This document shows positions 13,062 through 25,200 of a DNA stretch of 64,000 nt, in pieces. Position 1 is the first letter of the stretch, and the number at the start of each line of letters is the position of its first letter. The notes under the pieces were generated by a model that saw only the letters and a list, made by a program, of their open reading frames with translations, was not told the DNA's origin and ran no database searches. The position numbers were made by a program, and so were the translations under genes. This stretch comes from Phoronis australis (taxonomy: Eukaryota; Animalia; Phoronida), in NCBI GenBank assembly GCA_002633005.1, contig NMRA01000840.1, positions 5,410 through 69,409 of the forward strand. The letters are read 5' to 3'.

Positions 13062-14220
13062 AAACAAGAGCAACACGTAGCATTGAAATGCGCCCGCAAA
13101 TGGTGTGCTTTTAGGGTTGTTTGTTTGTATCATCGAAATGGACACTAGATGGCGGAAAATACATCGAATCTGTCTGAAAACCAGAAAATGTCATTTCTTT
13201 AAAAGAAAGCCATTCACCAAATTACATTAAAATTTGTTGAAGAACTTCAGAGAAACAGAGGAAAACAAAAAAAATGAAATTGCCACTAGGGGGGCACAGT
13301 GTTCATCAGATACGTCTAAAAGTCGTCTTCTCTTGTTAACTTGATATAAACTCACGTGCTAAATTTAATAAAGATCCTGCAGAGGGCTTAGGAGATACAG
13401 GTATGGGTGCAAAAAAAAACCACCACTAGGAGGCGCCACAGAACTCAGTCATCGGAAAATCATCGTCAACTGTCTCCTTCACAGAAAGAACATACATGCC
13501 AACTTTCACAATCATCCTTAGAGTGGTTTGGTTGACAGAGGGACGACGCCAAAAAACAGACGTAAAAAACTAAAACTGCCATTAGGGGGCATACCGGTAC
13601 ACCGATCTGTCCGAAAGTCATCGTTGTCCATTGTCAACATCATATAAATACATTTGGTCAATTTAATAAAGATCCTGTAGAATGTTAAGGAGATACAGCC
13701 ATGGGGGCAAAAACAAACAAAGCTGCCACAAGGAGGTGCCACAGTAGTCGAAGTTGGAAAATTATCGTCAACCATCTTCCTCACAATAAGAACACACATG
13801 CCAATTTTCACAAACATTCTTCAAGTGGTTTGGTTGTTAGAGGGGTAGACGCCAAAAAACGACTCAAGAACAGTAAAAATGGCCACTAGATGGCGCAAAA
13901 TACCTCGAATCCATCCGAAAACGAGAGGATAGCGTCACCTCTTTAATAGATGCCTATGTGCCAAATTTCACGAAAATCGGTTGAGGATAATTGAAGATAC
14001 AGAGGCAAACGTAAAAAACTAAAATTGCCATAAGGGGCACGGTGGTATTCGGGTCAGTCTGAAACTAGTCGTCCTCTGTCGTCAACCCCATACAAACAAA
14101 CTTGCCAAATTTCAATAAGATCCTGCAAGGGGTTTAGGAGATACACCCACAGACGCCCGGATGCCCAGATAGAGATGACGGCGATATGCGATCACACATA
14201 AATATGTGGGCGCATAAAAA
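13062..14220 (+). mobile_element. Non-autonomous satellite-bearing element (Helentron-HINE/Crypton-like layout) with about 7 diverged ~147-bp units
   Basis: Starts AAACAAGAG. Subterminal inverted repeats ATGCGCCCGCA (13088) and TGTGGGCGCAT (14205); 3' hairpin CACATA..TATGTG then ATAAAAA. Internal units share GCCACTAG(A/G)GGGC, CCAAATTT, AAGATCCTG and GGAGATACAG. Confidence 0.65.
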
Positions 14221-14553
14221 GCAATAAAAGTAGAACCACAGGGATAAACACTCATGTTTGCCCAGGACACATTAAATTAAAAATCTCAATAACCGAGCAT
14301 GGACCCTAAAAAGCAAAGGTTTTAATAAGACAGGGTGGGTATTTATGCCGCAGACTCTTGACAAATGACCAGTGTCAGTTGTGTAATCCAAGCATTCAAC
14401 AATTTTTTAAACAATTAAGGATGAGTGCTTGACTAGGACAAGTATTAGAGAACTTAATGAGCGAGTAACTCTCTAAGACACTTCAGCATGACTTCTGTGA
14501 CAAATGACATTTTGCCTTGACACCGACTGAGGAAGACGTAGCTATGATACATG

Positions 14554-15867
14554 CTAATACTGCTGATGCGGGAAGTTATTACGCATAGGTGGCGCACTGG
14601 TCAATAAGTGATAGGGTGACAGTCCCATTTGTACTGTATTTACCATCAAGTTACCTTCAAGTTGCATCATATCCCCAGGAGGTGCTAGCACAGCAGGGCC
14701 ATCTTGTGGCCAATTATTTTTTTGATTCTCATGGATTTTCACATGCTTTGAGAGGCTACGGTTGTCCGCGTACCTCTTAGAACACACAGGGCACTCATAC
14801 ACACTACCTGAATGACTGCGTATGTGCGCCTTGAGATTGTCTTTACGTTTATATGATTTGCCACAGGTTGAGCACTGGTGCGGTTTTTCAGCCAAGTGTG
14901 AGGCCTCGTGCCTTCTGCACTTATGCCTATGTGAAGTTCTGTAGTCGCAGACGGAACATTTATAGGGCTTGTTGTCCGCGTGAGCCATTGCATGCGTCGA
15001 CAGCACTGACTTTGTTCGAAAAGCTTTGCCGCACTGATCACAAATGAACGGCTTTTCACCAGTATGCCACATAATGTGTTCATCGAGTGACTTTTTAGTG
15101 ATGAACCGTTTGTCACAGCGTTGACATGGGAACGGACGCTCGCCTCTGTGAATACGCATGTGATTTTCCAAATTCCTCTTCTCCACGAAACTCGATCCAC
15201 ACGTTGTACACATGAATGGTTTCAGGCCAAGGTGAGTCTTGGAGTGTCTGCTCAACGCACTGCTGCTAATGAATGCTTTCCCACAGTCTTTACACAGATA
15301 AGGCTTAACTCCTGTGTGGGTGCGCTCGTGTGCTGTCAAATCAGATTTTGATGTAAAGCTCTTATGGCAATGACAACACTTATGCGAGCGCGTACGATGC
15401 AATCTGTTATAATGCAGTTTCAGATCCTTTGGATTCGTGAACTGCTCTCCGCACGTCTTGCACAAGTGTGTTGTGTTTTCGTTGTGTTTACTCAAATGTT
15501 TCGTCAGGTGGTAGTGATAGTGAAACTTTCTGTCACAATGAGGGCACGCGTGAGACTTTTCCAACTGTTTGTTATGAGTCTGCATGTGACGAAGAAGGCG
15601 ATGTGACCCCAAGATAACCTTGGAACAAACTGTGCATTGAACAGATGTACTTGTGGACTTAGTGTTTACTTCTGCCTTTGTTTCATTTATAATCACTGAT
15701 TTCGGTTTGACTTTGTCAACACTTTCATTCCTCGTTTCCATCTTGGAATCATCTGCATTGACTGCTAAGTGTTCGTCTTCTTCACAGAAGGAGTCGCTGT
15801 CATCCACTCCATCTTGTGCCTCATGGCTGAAGTCCACACTTTCAATTTTTTCAGCATCATCCACTTC
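14554..15867 (-). CDS. Zinc-finger gene B, last exon: acidic linker plus 11 C2H2 fingers
   Basis: Acceptor TTTGTTTCAG|GAA at 15868/15867 (phase 0); 11 C2H2 units with TGVKPY/GERPF/TGEKPF linkers; stop TAG at 14554. Confidence 0.93.
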   Translation of the reverse strand, partial: EVDDAEKIESVDFSHEAQDGVDDSDSFCEEDEHLAVNADDSKMETRNESVDKVKPKSVIINETKAEVNTKSTSTSVQCTVCSKVILGSHRLLRHMQTHNKQLEKSHACPHCDRKFHYHYHLTKHLSKHNENTTHLCKTCGEQFTNPKDLKLHYNRLHRTRSHKCCHCHKSFTSKSDLTAHERTHTGVKPYLCKDCGKAFISSSALSRHSKTHLGLKPFMCTTCGSSFVEKRNLENHMRIHRGERPFPCQRCDKRFITKKSLDEHIMWHTGEKPFICDQCGKAFRTKSVLSTHAMAHADNKPYKCSVCDYRTSHRHKCRRHEASHLAEKPHQCSTCGKSYKRKDNLKAHIRSHSGSVYECPVCSKRYADNRSLSKHVKIHENQKNNWPQDGPAVLAPPGDMMQLEGNLMVNTVQMGLSPYHLLTSAPPMRNNFPHQQY

Positions 15868-17069
15868 CTGAAACAAAGAAAATTTATGAGTGTAAAGACT
15901 AATTAACATAGGACCTCACCAACAGGTGATTTAGCCAAATATCTACTAAGTTGTACATTTTCTGAAAGTAGAAAGTTTGTAGAATTTGATTTTTGTTTGT
16001 TTACCAATCAGTCATTAACTGTGTCCCGTACCCAAGAGCTAACTTAGCAAGATGTGCCTTTGTTTGGGTAGCTGTAACCATAGACTATAATACATTGACC
16101 GCCAACTCCGTATATATTCAATGGACAAAATCTGTGCTCTTGCAGAAGCTAGCCCTGACATCATTATTCCCTGGTGACACCTGGACAAATTGGCAATTTT
16201 TATTTCCGGCAAGTATGTCGTCTGCTAATTATGGTCAGCTGTTGTGTCGTCACAATACACTAACCGGAAACTGAAGTAGATAATTTGGGAGTGTGGCACC
16301 TCCTCTAGGCTAGTACGCAAGAAAATGTCGGAGTTGCGAATCTGTTGTCTATAATATATGCTGTAACAGAGAAACAAATTCAGTGAGCGGACATTTTTTG
16401 AAAAAACATATAAGTGACTAAAATACAGAACATGAACAAAAAATAACGACCACACTTGTTAGGGAACTCTCTCAATCATGCACGGCCGAATTGAATCATG
16501 TAAAAGTCAAGTAAACAGATAGGTCTTCAATGGGAAACCGTTTTCCCTGAATTAATCATGGTGGAGTACTGCACTCTGGCTATGCGCACACCCAGCCTTT
16601 AATATGGGAGGTTTTGAATTTCCGAAGATGTGGACCTTTTACCAACAAAAGAGCTGAAGAACTAAAAAAAAGAACGCAGCACCATGTCCAGAGATGTGAA
16701 TTGTGCATTTGCGTCTTTTCAGTGGACTTTTTTCTCGTCTTACCGGACTTTTTGTTTTTCTGAGGTGGACCTTTTTGTCCAATTCGCTAATGGGGGGGGG
16801 GCTCGTTCGNNNNNNNNNNNNNCCCCCCCCCCCTGGGTGCGCGCATGTCTGGCTGATAGATTCTGTCGTTGTTGCGCACTTACGCCAGGTAACGCAAATG
16901 GTACGATGGCGTGAGAGTTCACCAACTAAATGCTTCCCGTGCTTGCTGTACCCGTGGGCACGTGGAATTTTCCACCTTGGCACCCTATGAGTGACATGGT
17001 CTATGGTCAGCCAGTGGTCTCAACAACAAAGCCGTATTGGAATTAAATGCATAGAAAATCCAAACACAC

Positions 17070-17288
17070 CTGCTTTTCCATTAAGTCGGCTTCTAACGTG
17101 GCTTTGATCTTTTCAATCTCGTTTTCTGTTATTCTTGTGATAGCTTCCTTCAGCTTCGGTGAACCGACAAAAACGAGAGTTCCTCGTTCGCTGCACCATT
17201 TGACGAGAACAGCTTGATCAGTCGTTTTGCTGAGGTACTTACGTAAATACATACTTAGTTGCCTCCAGCTTGTCAGCTCCCTTGCCAT
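17070..17288 (-). CDS. Zinc-finger gene B, first coding exon (73 aa N-terminal module)
   Basis: ATG at 17288 (ATAATGGC), 219 nt open, donor CAG|GTGTGT in phase 0, which joins in frame to the 15867 exon. Confidence 0.72.
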
Positions 17289-20200
17289 TATTGTTGGCGT
17301 TGTAGTCTACTAGAAGTCGTAAAAAAACAGTTATCAGAATTTCTACATGCGAAGTACGTGGGGCATTTGCAGCGACACCTTGCGAGAGGAAAGAAAAGCT
17401 GTACCTACAGAAATCCTTCAAACGACTAAGCCCAGTTGCCTCCGAGTACTCACCGCGGCCAGCGAACTGCCACAGGGAAACGGGGATAAGAGGTTTATGC
17501 CCCTTAGAATTCTTTTGACAGGGGTGCAATTCAATGTGAACTGACTTACGAAGAAATTACCAATGACAACTGGATTTATGCTTTTGAGTCAATAGCCTAA
17601 TGATGGTTACAGACGTACAGTAGGGGCACCGGTGAGTCCCGGCCGGGGGCCGCCGCCGGAGTGCCGGCAGCTAGCCAACGATGCCAGCAAAGCTGACAGG
17701 CTCATAGAGTATTCTATTGTCATCAGAAAAGGGAATGAAAAGACCTGTCAGTACTTCAGGGGCTTCTCATGACGAGTTTTCGCCTGGTCCAAAAATCTTC
17801 AGACCCCGTATCATTGATCGAATGTCTATAACTACAATAAGCACCGGGCTAATTGCTGACAGACAGATCAGTCCCATACTTCAATTTAACCACACATGAA
17901 CGGATGGAACCGACTACTTTTGACCAGCTGCATCAGCTTAATAAACAGTTTGAGGGATACAAATCAAAAGGGCAGTTTATAACCAAGCTTACTGTGTAAA
18001 TGCGAAGATGCACCGGGGATCAGTTATATCGATAAACCAGTGAGACAACTGAAAACACGGAATACCATTAACATATACTCAAATCGCATTATTATTTATA
18101 CAGATGTTAAATAAAGAATTGCACAACGTCAGTGGAAAAAATTCAAAACCTACAGATCAAATCAGGAATCAGGAAAGTCCAACTTGAAGAAATGACAGTA
18201 AAATCAAACTTACCGCTTGTAGCTCTAACAACTAAGCTTGTATAAAATAAACAATCTCCGTTTCTTCATAACATTTTATACAAGAAATAGTGGCGAGCAA
18301 CTAACGAGACACAATTGGAACCAAAGTTTCAGGAACTGAATAGCCTACATTGTAAAACTTTAACCTCATCAGAGGTAATTGCAAACAACGATAAAATTAA
18401 CTTGGATGCAGAATAACGGTAGTTGTATTTCACTTATTTAATTAGAAGTATAGTGGTGTAGAACAGAGCATGACAAATTGATGTAGAATAGGAAATGATG
18501 TGCTGTACACACACTGTTGGATGCACACGTATTTTAGCACAGTCAATGGAAGTTCAGTAGACCCAATTTTCAACTGAAAATGCCATTAATCTTTCGGGCC
18601 AAATGAGTATTGGAATTATTTTTGAATTTTCACTTGCTTTCTTAAATAAGCACATTCATTCACTGGGTGATGCTGCAGTTATAAGAATATTTCCAATCAC
18701 ACACAGTCAACAACGCTAATTTTTCTTTTTAATGTGTAAATGCTTAAAAAATATACAAAAAATAGCTTAGCCCATATGAACGAAATTCTGTAGGCCTTCG
18801 TGAGGTGTCAATTTCTGCTCAATTTGACAGTCTGACTTAGGCTAGAAAGCAAGTACAATATTATTTTTATCCATACTCCCTGTAAATCAATACTGTAAAT
18901 GTCGGGTAAACTGATGAATTGAGTGAATGTCCTTAATATTTTCTGTAGAAAAACAAAGCAACTTAATAAAAACAACAGATGGCTAAATGAGCTACACAGT
19001 GACTGCAATCAGAATACATCATTTGAAATGAGAGATCAGAGTGATGGGTAACAGCAGTGTTCAATGTAAATTATAGTGTTAGTAGAATGAGTACATACAC
19101 ACCGTACACACATGTCAGAATGACTGCACAAGAAAATAATTGTACAAGAAATACAAGTCATGTAAACGGGAATAGATGAAATGTGCTTTAAAAGACCTCG
19201 CTTTCATTCTGCGACACTTTATTGAATCGAAATCACTTGTGCCCTGACATACAGAAAGCAACTACCACTGTTTCTTCCTGTCGCTTGCAAGCAATGCTTC
19301 TTCGAATGGGCAATGTGTCAAAGTCGTAGACTAAGAAGGTCACCCGACCAAGTTCGGTCGGATGACCTACTTGGTCTACGACATCAACATGTTTACTGCA
19401 GAGAAGAGCAGTACTGACATCACATTGATAGTCAGGCTGGATGGGCCATAGAAGTTACTCGACAGAAAACAAAGCAAGTTGACAGAAACATGTCTGAAAT
19501 GTTTTGCTGTGCTAACATAACAGTAAATCCAAAGTGAAAAGTTATCCGATTAAGAGACAACTTAGTAAACTAACCCAATTTGAAAATCATTCCTGGCACC
19601 CAACACAGGGTCTGAGTGATTTTTTAGCGATGACAAGCAGACAAATAGACCAAAACAAAGCCAAACAAATGAACAATTATGAAAAAATTACAGTATTATG
19701 GTAATGCACAAGTTTGATGAAAATGCAGAAAAATCTGACCTATATATGACTTTACGTCCGAATAATCGAGGAACTTATTTTGCGCTTGAATAATCTGAGT
19801 TGTTCACGTTTCATAGAGAGTGGAGTATTCTTTTTCTTCAACAACAATATATTTAACTGTCGCCTGTACATAATTAATTTTTTGTTCTCATTATTCATAA
19901 GATGATAAATTGTTACGCAGTTAGAATTTTGACCTTTCCTTTCTGTTTCAAGTCCATTCAGTGAATTTTACTAGTGGAACGAAAATTTTCCCGTAGCCAA
20001 ATTGTTTTCATTTATAGAAAGCTCTTCAGAAACTTCGGAGTTCAGGTTTTTTCAGAGAAATGTAGCTTTTCAGATTTTAGGCGTGTTCCCTACATCGTAC
20101 AACAGAATCTAAAAAAAAAGTGTAGGAAACAACCAGCTGACCACCTGGGACTGCCACTTTTAAGGCCAGGGGATACTTTGATTTGCTGTTATAAGAATCA

Positions 20201-20874
20201 AACAAAAGTGCGATTTTGTAGCTGATCAAGACTTAGTGAGAGAGGATATACTTCCGAAGTTTAGGAGTTTGCCACCATTTCTTGTCGGACCTCATTTTGC
20301 GTTACTTTTTTGCCATCATCTGATCCTCTTCTCTGTTAGTGAGTGTCTAGAAATCCGCGCGTGAACCTCTGAGTGGACACACTGATAGCTCGATCCGCGG
20401 GAATGATGAGGGCCGGGTCCGTCTGCCGTCTCATTCGCGTAAGGGGCCACGACTAAGCTGACTCCAGCGTATACCCGGCCATGTCACTTTTTGAGTTTGT
20501 AGTTGTTTTACGAGTTTGAAGAGCAAGCTAAATCTAAAATGCCTGGTGTAAACGACGATGAACTTGAGCTGCACCGAAACGAAGGACACGGAAAAAGCAA
20601 CCTCATGACGAAGACAATAACAGAGATATAACAAGAAAGATTATTTTCACGGCGTGACAATTGTGGACTCTGCGCGTGCTTATTATTAAAATAGTTATGG
20701 GAAGTTACTGACAGCAACCCGTTTACCAATATGAAAAGGAGTCTGATTCTTTAAAATTGTAGCGGAAATTACATGTTAATATTTTGATGACCTTTCCACT
20801 ATAATTGACCTCTTCCGGTGCATTATGAGCTACGATGAAGGAATAACTGTGAACTCGATTAAAAGTGTGGTTAA

Positions 20875-22293
20875 AGGCGAAGGCAACCTTTTTCGAGCAA
20901 AAATAAGGTTCGTTGATTATTCCAGGTACATGTTTCTATAAATTATAGCTTTTCGTAATTTAATTAATTACTCGTCCTCTACTCCGGAAGTGACGTTTTG
21001 GGAGGCAAGAATTTCGCGCCAATTTGGTTCTGTGTGAGTTTACTGTGAGGATTTGTACTACTTTTGTTGTCGTGCTGTTTTTTATAAATTGTCGTCACCA
21101 CTTCCCATCGAGGAGTATTTTACGACAAGCTAGGTTGTTAGAGAACTCAATTACGTTGGATTTAGGGGTTGTCTGGTTTGTGTTAATCTGAAAATGGCTA
21201 GAGTCGGCGACCCATATCAGAGTGACAGTAGAGAAGTGATGCGTGTGAGTAACGGAGATATTGTTCATAGCAGTGGTGACGAGGAATTTTTTCACGAACA
21301 GTCAGTGGGTGGGTATATGTTTGAGCCCGAGTATAATGATCAGACAGAGTACCCACAGGCACCTTCTAGATAGCTACAATGCTTCAGACAAGTCCGCAAT
21401 AAACTTATCGAAGTTTGGTTCACCGATCTTTTCATTGGACGACGAATTGTCCTCTTCACTGGGTATCGAACTGGGCCTGTATACTCCCACTACTCAACAT
21501 CGCTGCAGAGCTGCTTACAGGCTCTGGGCTAGAGACAACAGCGCAGGGCGAATCACTGCTAGTTCCCGGAATTGTATGCTCTGGGGGCCAGTAGTAGGTT
21601 CGGAGGCAACGGTGACAGTAGTTGAAGTGCCCCCAGTCACTGTAGTGGCCATAGCTCGAGAGGCTTCTCGCTTCAAAAACGCACTTCTCGCTTCAAAAAC
21701 GCACTTCCCGGGAGTGGCGACAGGCACTGCCAGGAATCAACAGCGACGGTATGGCACACTTCTTCACGCGTTGTTTCACAGGGACCTTCGTCAATTTAGC
21801 GTACATATCTCTGTCGTAATCTGACGACAACAAATGCTTGCCACACACTCGGTAACCCTCTACTGCTTTAAACGCTGCGTTGACGGGTAACGGTGCGTTA
21901 CCCGAACGAGCCACGTACTGACAGCGAAGTGTGTCATCCTCCGGAAAACGATGGAAAGCCGAATTCCCAAAACGCGCTTGAGACGACAATGAGTACATCC
22001 CGGTACGCAGCAACAGTGGGGCAGATTGACTGACTCGCAAACAAAAACAAACAACGACCGAACACATCCGACAACTAAGGTACAACAATGACTGGCTCTA
22101 CAGCTCTCACAGTCAGACCATATGAACAGAAATTGGTGCGAAATTCTTGCCTCCCAAAACGTCACTACCGTGGCAGAGGATGGGTAATTAATTAAATTAC
22201 AAAAAGCTGTAATAAGTGAAAAAGATGTCTAGGATAATCAAAGAACCTTATTTTTGCTGAAAATGACATGGAAAAAGGTTGCCTCGTTCACCT
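20875..22293. mobile_element. Kolobok-type DNA transposon, internally deleted, with THAP remnant
   Basis: TTAA on both sides (20871-20874, 22294-22297), AGG...CCT termini and imperfect TIRs of about 160 bp (e.g. GTGACGTTTTGGGAGGCAAGAATTTCGC / GCGAAATTCTTGCCTCCCAAAACGTCAC). Internal THAP-like coding remnant. Confidence 0.8.
21740..22025 (-). pseudogene. Frameshifted THAP zinc-finger domain (transposase N-terminus)
   Basis: PHCCCVPGC in one frame continues in another as FHRFPEDDTLRCQY...RVCGKH..DY...KKCAIPSL, matching the THAP C2CH and AVPTIF-box pattern. Confidence 0.75.
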
Positions 22294-25200
22294 TTAATGC
22301 TAAGAATCACAGACGTTTTACTTTAAGCACTTCAGAATACAAGATGAATGAATTGGTCAAACTTTCAGAAGAAAAATGCACCTAATGACCCCATGGGTGT
22401 ACTAAATGACCTGAAACTTTGGATTTCGAATTGAATTACCTGTACCAATCAGACTTGTGAAATTGAAGTGTCTAGCTCAAAATCCTGGTCTGCACCTAAT
22501 GACCTTTGACCTGTTTGATGTGATTTGATGACTCCATTACTTAGAAATGTAATTTTTAAATTGCCTTATTAACTTATACCTGTGCACCGAATTTGAAAAG
22601 AATAGCTTTAAAAATGAAGGAGTAGAATTTTGAAAATTACGTGACCTCTCCTTCCGGTGCATTGTGGAATATGATTATATTATGAATCAAATTTCATGTA
22701 CTGCCTAAAATCATATAATAAATGTGACGAACATTTGGTCGGAAGAAGAATAAGAAGAATAAGAATAAAAATTAGATCGCAATTGCGTAGGCGCACTTAC
22801 ATCTCTGCACGAAGTGTATGCATGTGCATATTGAAGTATAGGGGTCTTACATTGCATAGAAGTTGCATCCTTTGTGTAAAAGAGAGAGATGTCCCTGACA
22901 ACTATGTAAGACCAACAGCAAAGTGTAAGAAAATCAACGGAAAACTGCACCTAATGACCCCAAAGTTTGTGACTGAATTTTATTTATGAATGAAAACTAT
23001 ATACGTGATTATGTAACATCTAGCTCCAAAATCACTTTTGCACTTAATGACATTTGACCCGGAAACTCGGTTTCCTTGATCCGATTTAAATTCCACGTAA
23101 ATTTCGGATGCACTTCTCTAGTACCTGCTTGTTTTCAAAATCGAGAGAGTCTATCTAAAAAGATATTGAAGGAGAGGCAATTTGACAGAATGCACTCCTT
23201 GACCCGTTTCGGGTCAATCCGGTGCATTTTGAGTCAAATCCATGTGATCAATAGAATTTGATCGGCAATTGGTTGAACCCCCATGAATTTGAACGCTCTC
23301 CCTAATGCATCATTCAGGTACATGTATAAGCTCAAAGTTCTTGAATTCAACAGGAAACTGCACCTAATGACCCCAAAGCTGCACCTAGTGACCCCAAAGT
23401 TTGTAACTTAACTTCGTTTATGAATGGTAATGATATGCATGATTATGAAAGGTCTAGCTCAAAAACCAAATTTGCAATTATTGACCTTTGATCCGGAAAC
23501 TCATTTCTCTTCATCTGATTAAAATTCCAAGTAAATTTCGGATGCAGATCTCCAGTGTCTACTTGTTAAAAAATTCGAAGACTCTATCTAAAAACCTGTA
23601 GAAGAAGCATTTTTGTACAAATGCACTCCTTGACCTGCTTCGGGTCATTCCGGGGCATTTTGGGTGAAAATATTATAATCAATAAAAATAATTTCATTAT
23701 CGTATCAACCACAATGAATATGATGGTTCTAAACGAATCGATGGAAGAGTAATAACAATCTGAAAACGAAGGAAAATAGGAATAAGAACTAGAACTCAAT
23801 TGCGTATGCGCACTTACAACTCTGCGCGTGGTGTACGTATGTGCATAGTGAAGTATAGGGGCATTACATTGCATAGAAGTTGCATCCTTTGTGTGAAAGA
23901 GAGAGATGTCACTGGTAACTATGAAAAGCAAGGAAGAAGAGTAAGAATATCAACGGAAAACTGCACCTAATGACCACACATTTGCACCTAATGACTCCAA
24001 AGTTCTTGACTGAATTTTCTTTACGAATGAAAACTATATGCGTGATTATGCAAGGTATAGCTCGAAAATCACTTTTGCACTTCATGACCTTTCACCCGGA
24101 AACTCGGTTCCCTTGATCTGATTTAAATACCACGTAAATTTCGGATGCAGATCTATAGTGCCTGCTTGTTATCAAAATTCGGAGAGTCTATCTAAAAACC
24201 CGCAGGAGGAGAAGAATTGATGGAATGTACCCCTTCACCCATTCCGAGTCAATCCGGTGGTTTTGAGTCAAATCCATTTGATCAATAAATTTTGATCGGC
24301 AATTGGTTAAACCATCTTGAATATAAATGCTCTCCCTAATGCATCATTTAAGTACAAGCTGATTGAAAATGTCTTAAATTTAACAGAAAAGTGCACCTAA
24401 TGACCCCAAATTTGCACCTAGTGAATAAAAAGTTTGTAACTGAACGTCCTTTTTGAATGGTAACCATATGCGTAATTATGAAAAGTGTATCTCAAAAATC
24501 ACTTTTGCACTTAATAACCTTTGACCCGGAAACTGGGTTCCCTTGATCCTTTTGGATATCCAAGTAAATTTCTGAAGCACTTATTTGGTACCTACTTGTT
24601 TACAAAATTGGAAGAGTCTTTCTAAGAACCCGTAGAAAAAGAAGAAGCAATTTGAAGGAATGCACTCCTATACCCGTTTCGGGTCATTCCGGTGCATTTT
24701 GAGTCAAATCCATGTGGTCAATAGAAATTGGTCGGCATTTGGTTTAATGACCATGAATATGAACGCTCTCCCTACTGCATCATTTACACTGTAAGTTCAA
24801 GCTGATTGAAGAAGTCTTAAATTTAACAGAAAAACGCACTTAATGAGCCCAAAGTTGCACTTAGTGACCCCAACGTTTGTGAATTAACTTCCGCTATGAA
24901 TGTTGATCATATGCGTGATTATTGAAAGGTCAATCTCAAAAATCACTTTTGCATTTAATGACCTTTGACCCGGAAACTCGGTTTTTATCATCCGGTTGGA
25001 ATTCCAAATCAAAATTTTCGGAAGCAGGTCTCTAGTGCCTACATGTACTTGTTAACAAGATTCGAAGAGTCTATCTAAAAACCTGTAGAAGAAGAAGCAT
25101 TTTAACGGAATGTACTCCTTGGCACGGTTGTGGTCATTCCGGTGCATTTTGGGTCAAAACTATATCATCAATAGAAATCCCTTGATTATCGTATCAAACA

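Noticed and set aside
17620-17900. GC-rich patch with a GTGAGT donor, possible divergent transcript from the ZNF B promoter
   Set aside because: No coding signal or downstream exon chain can be supported from sequence alone.
20400-20465. Possible C/D snoRNA (ATGATGA...CTGA)
   Set aside because: Short, weak terminal stem, the guide matches recalled 18S sequence only imperfectly, and it lies near the end of a repeat element.
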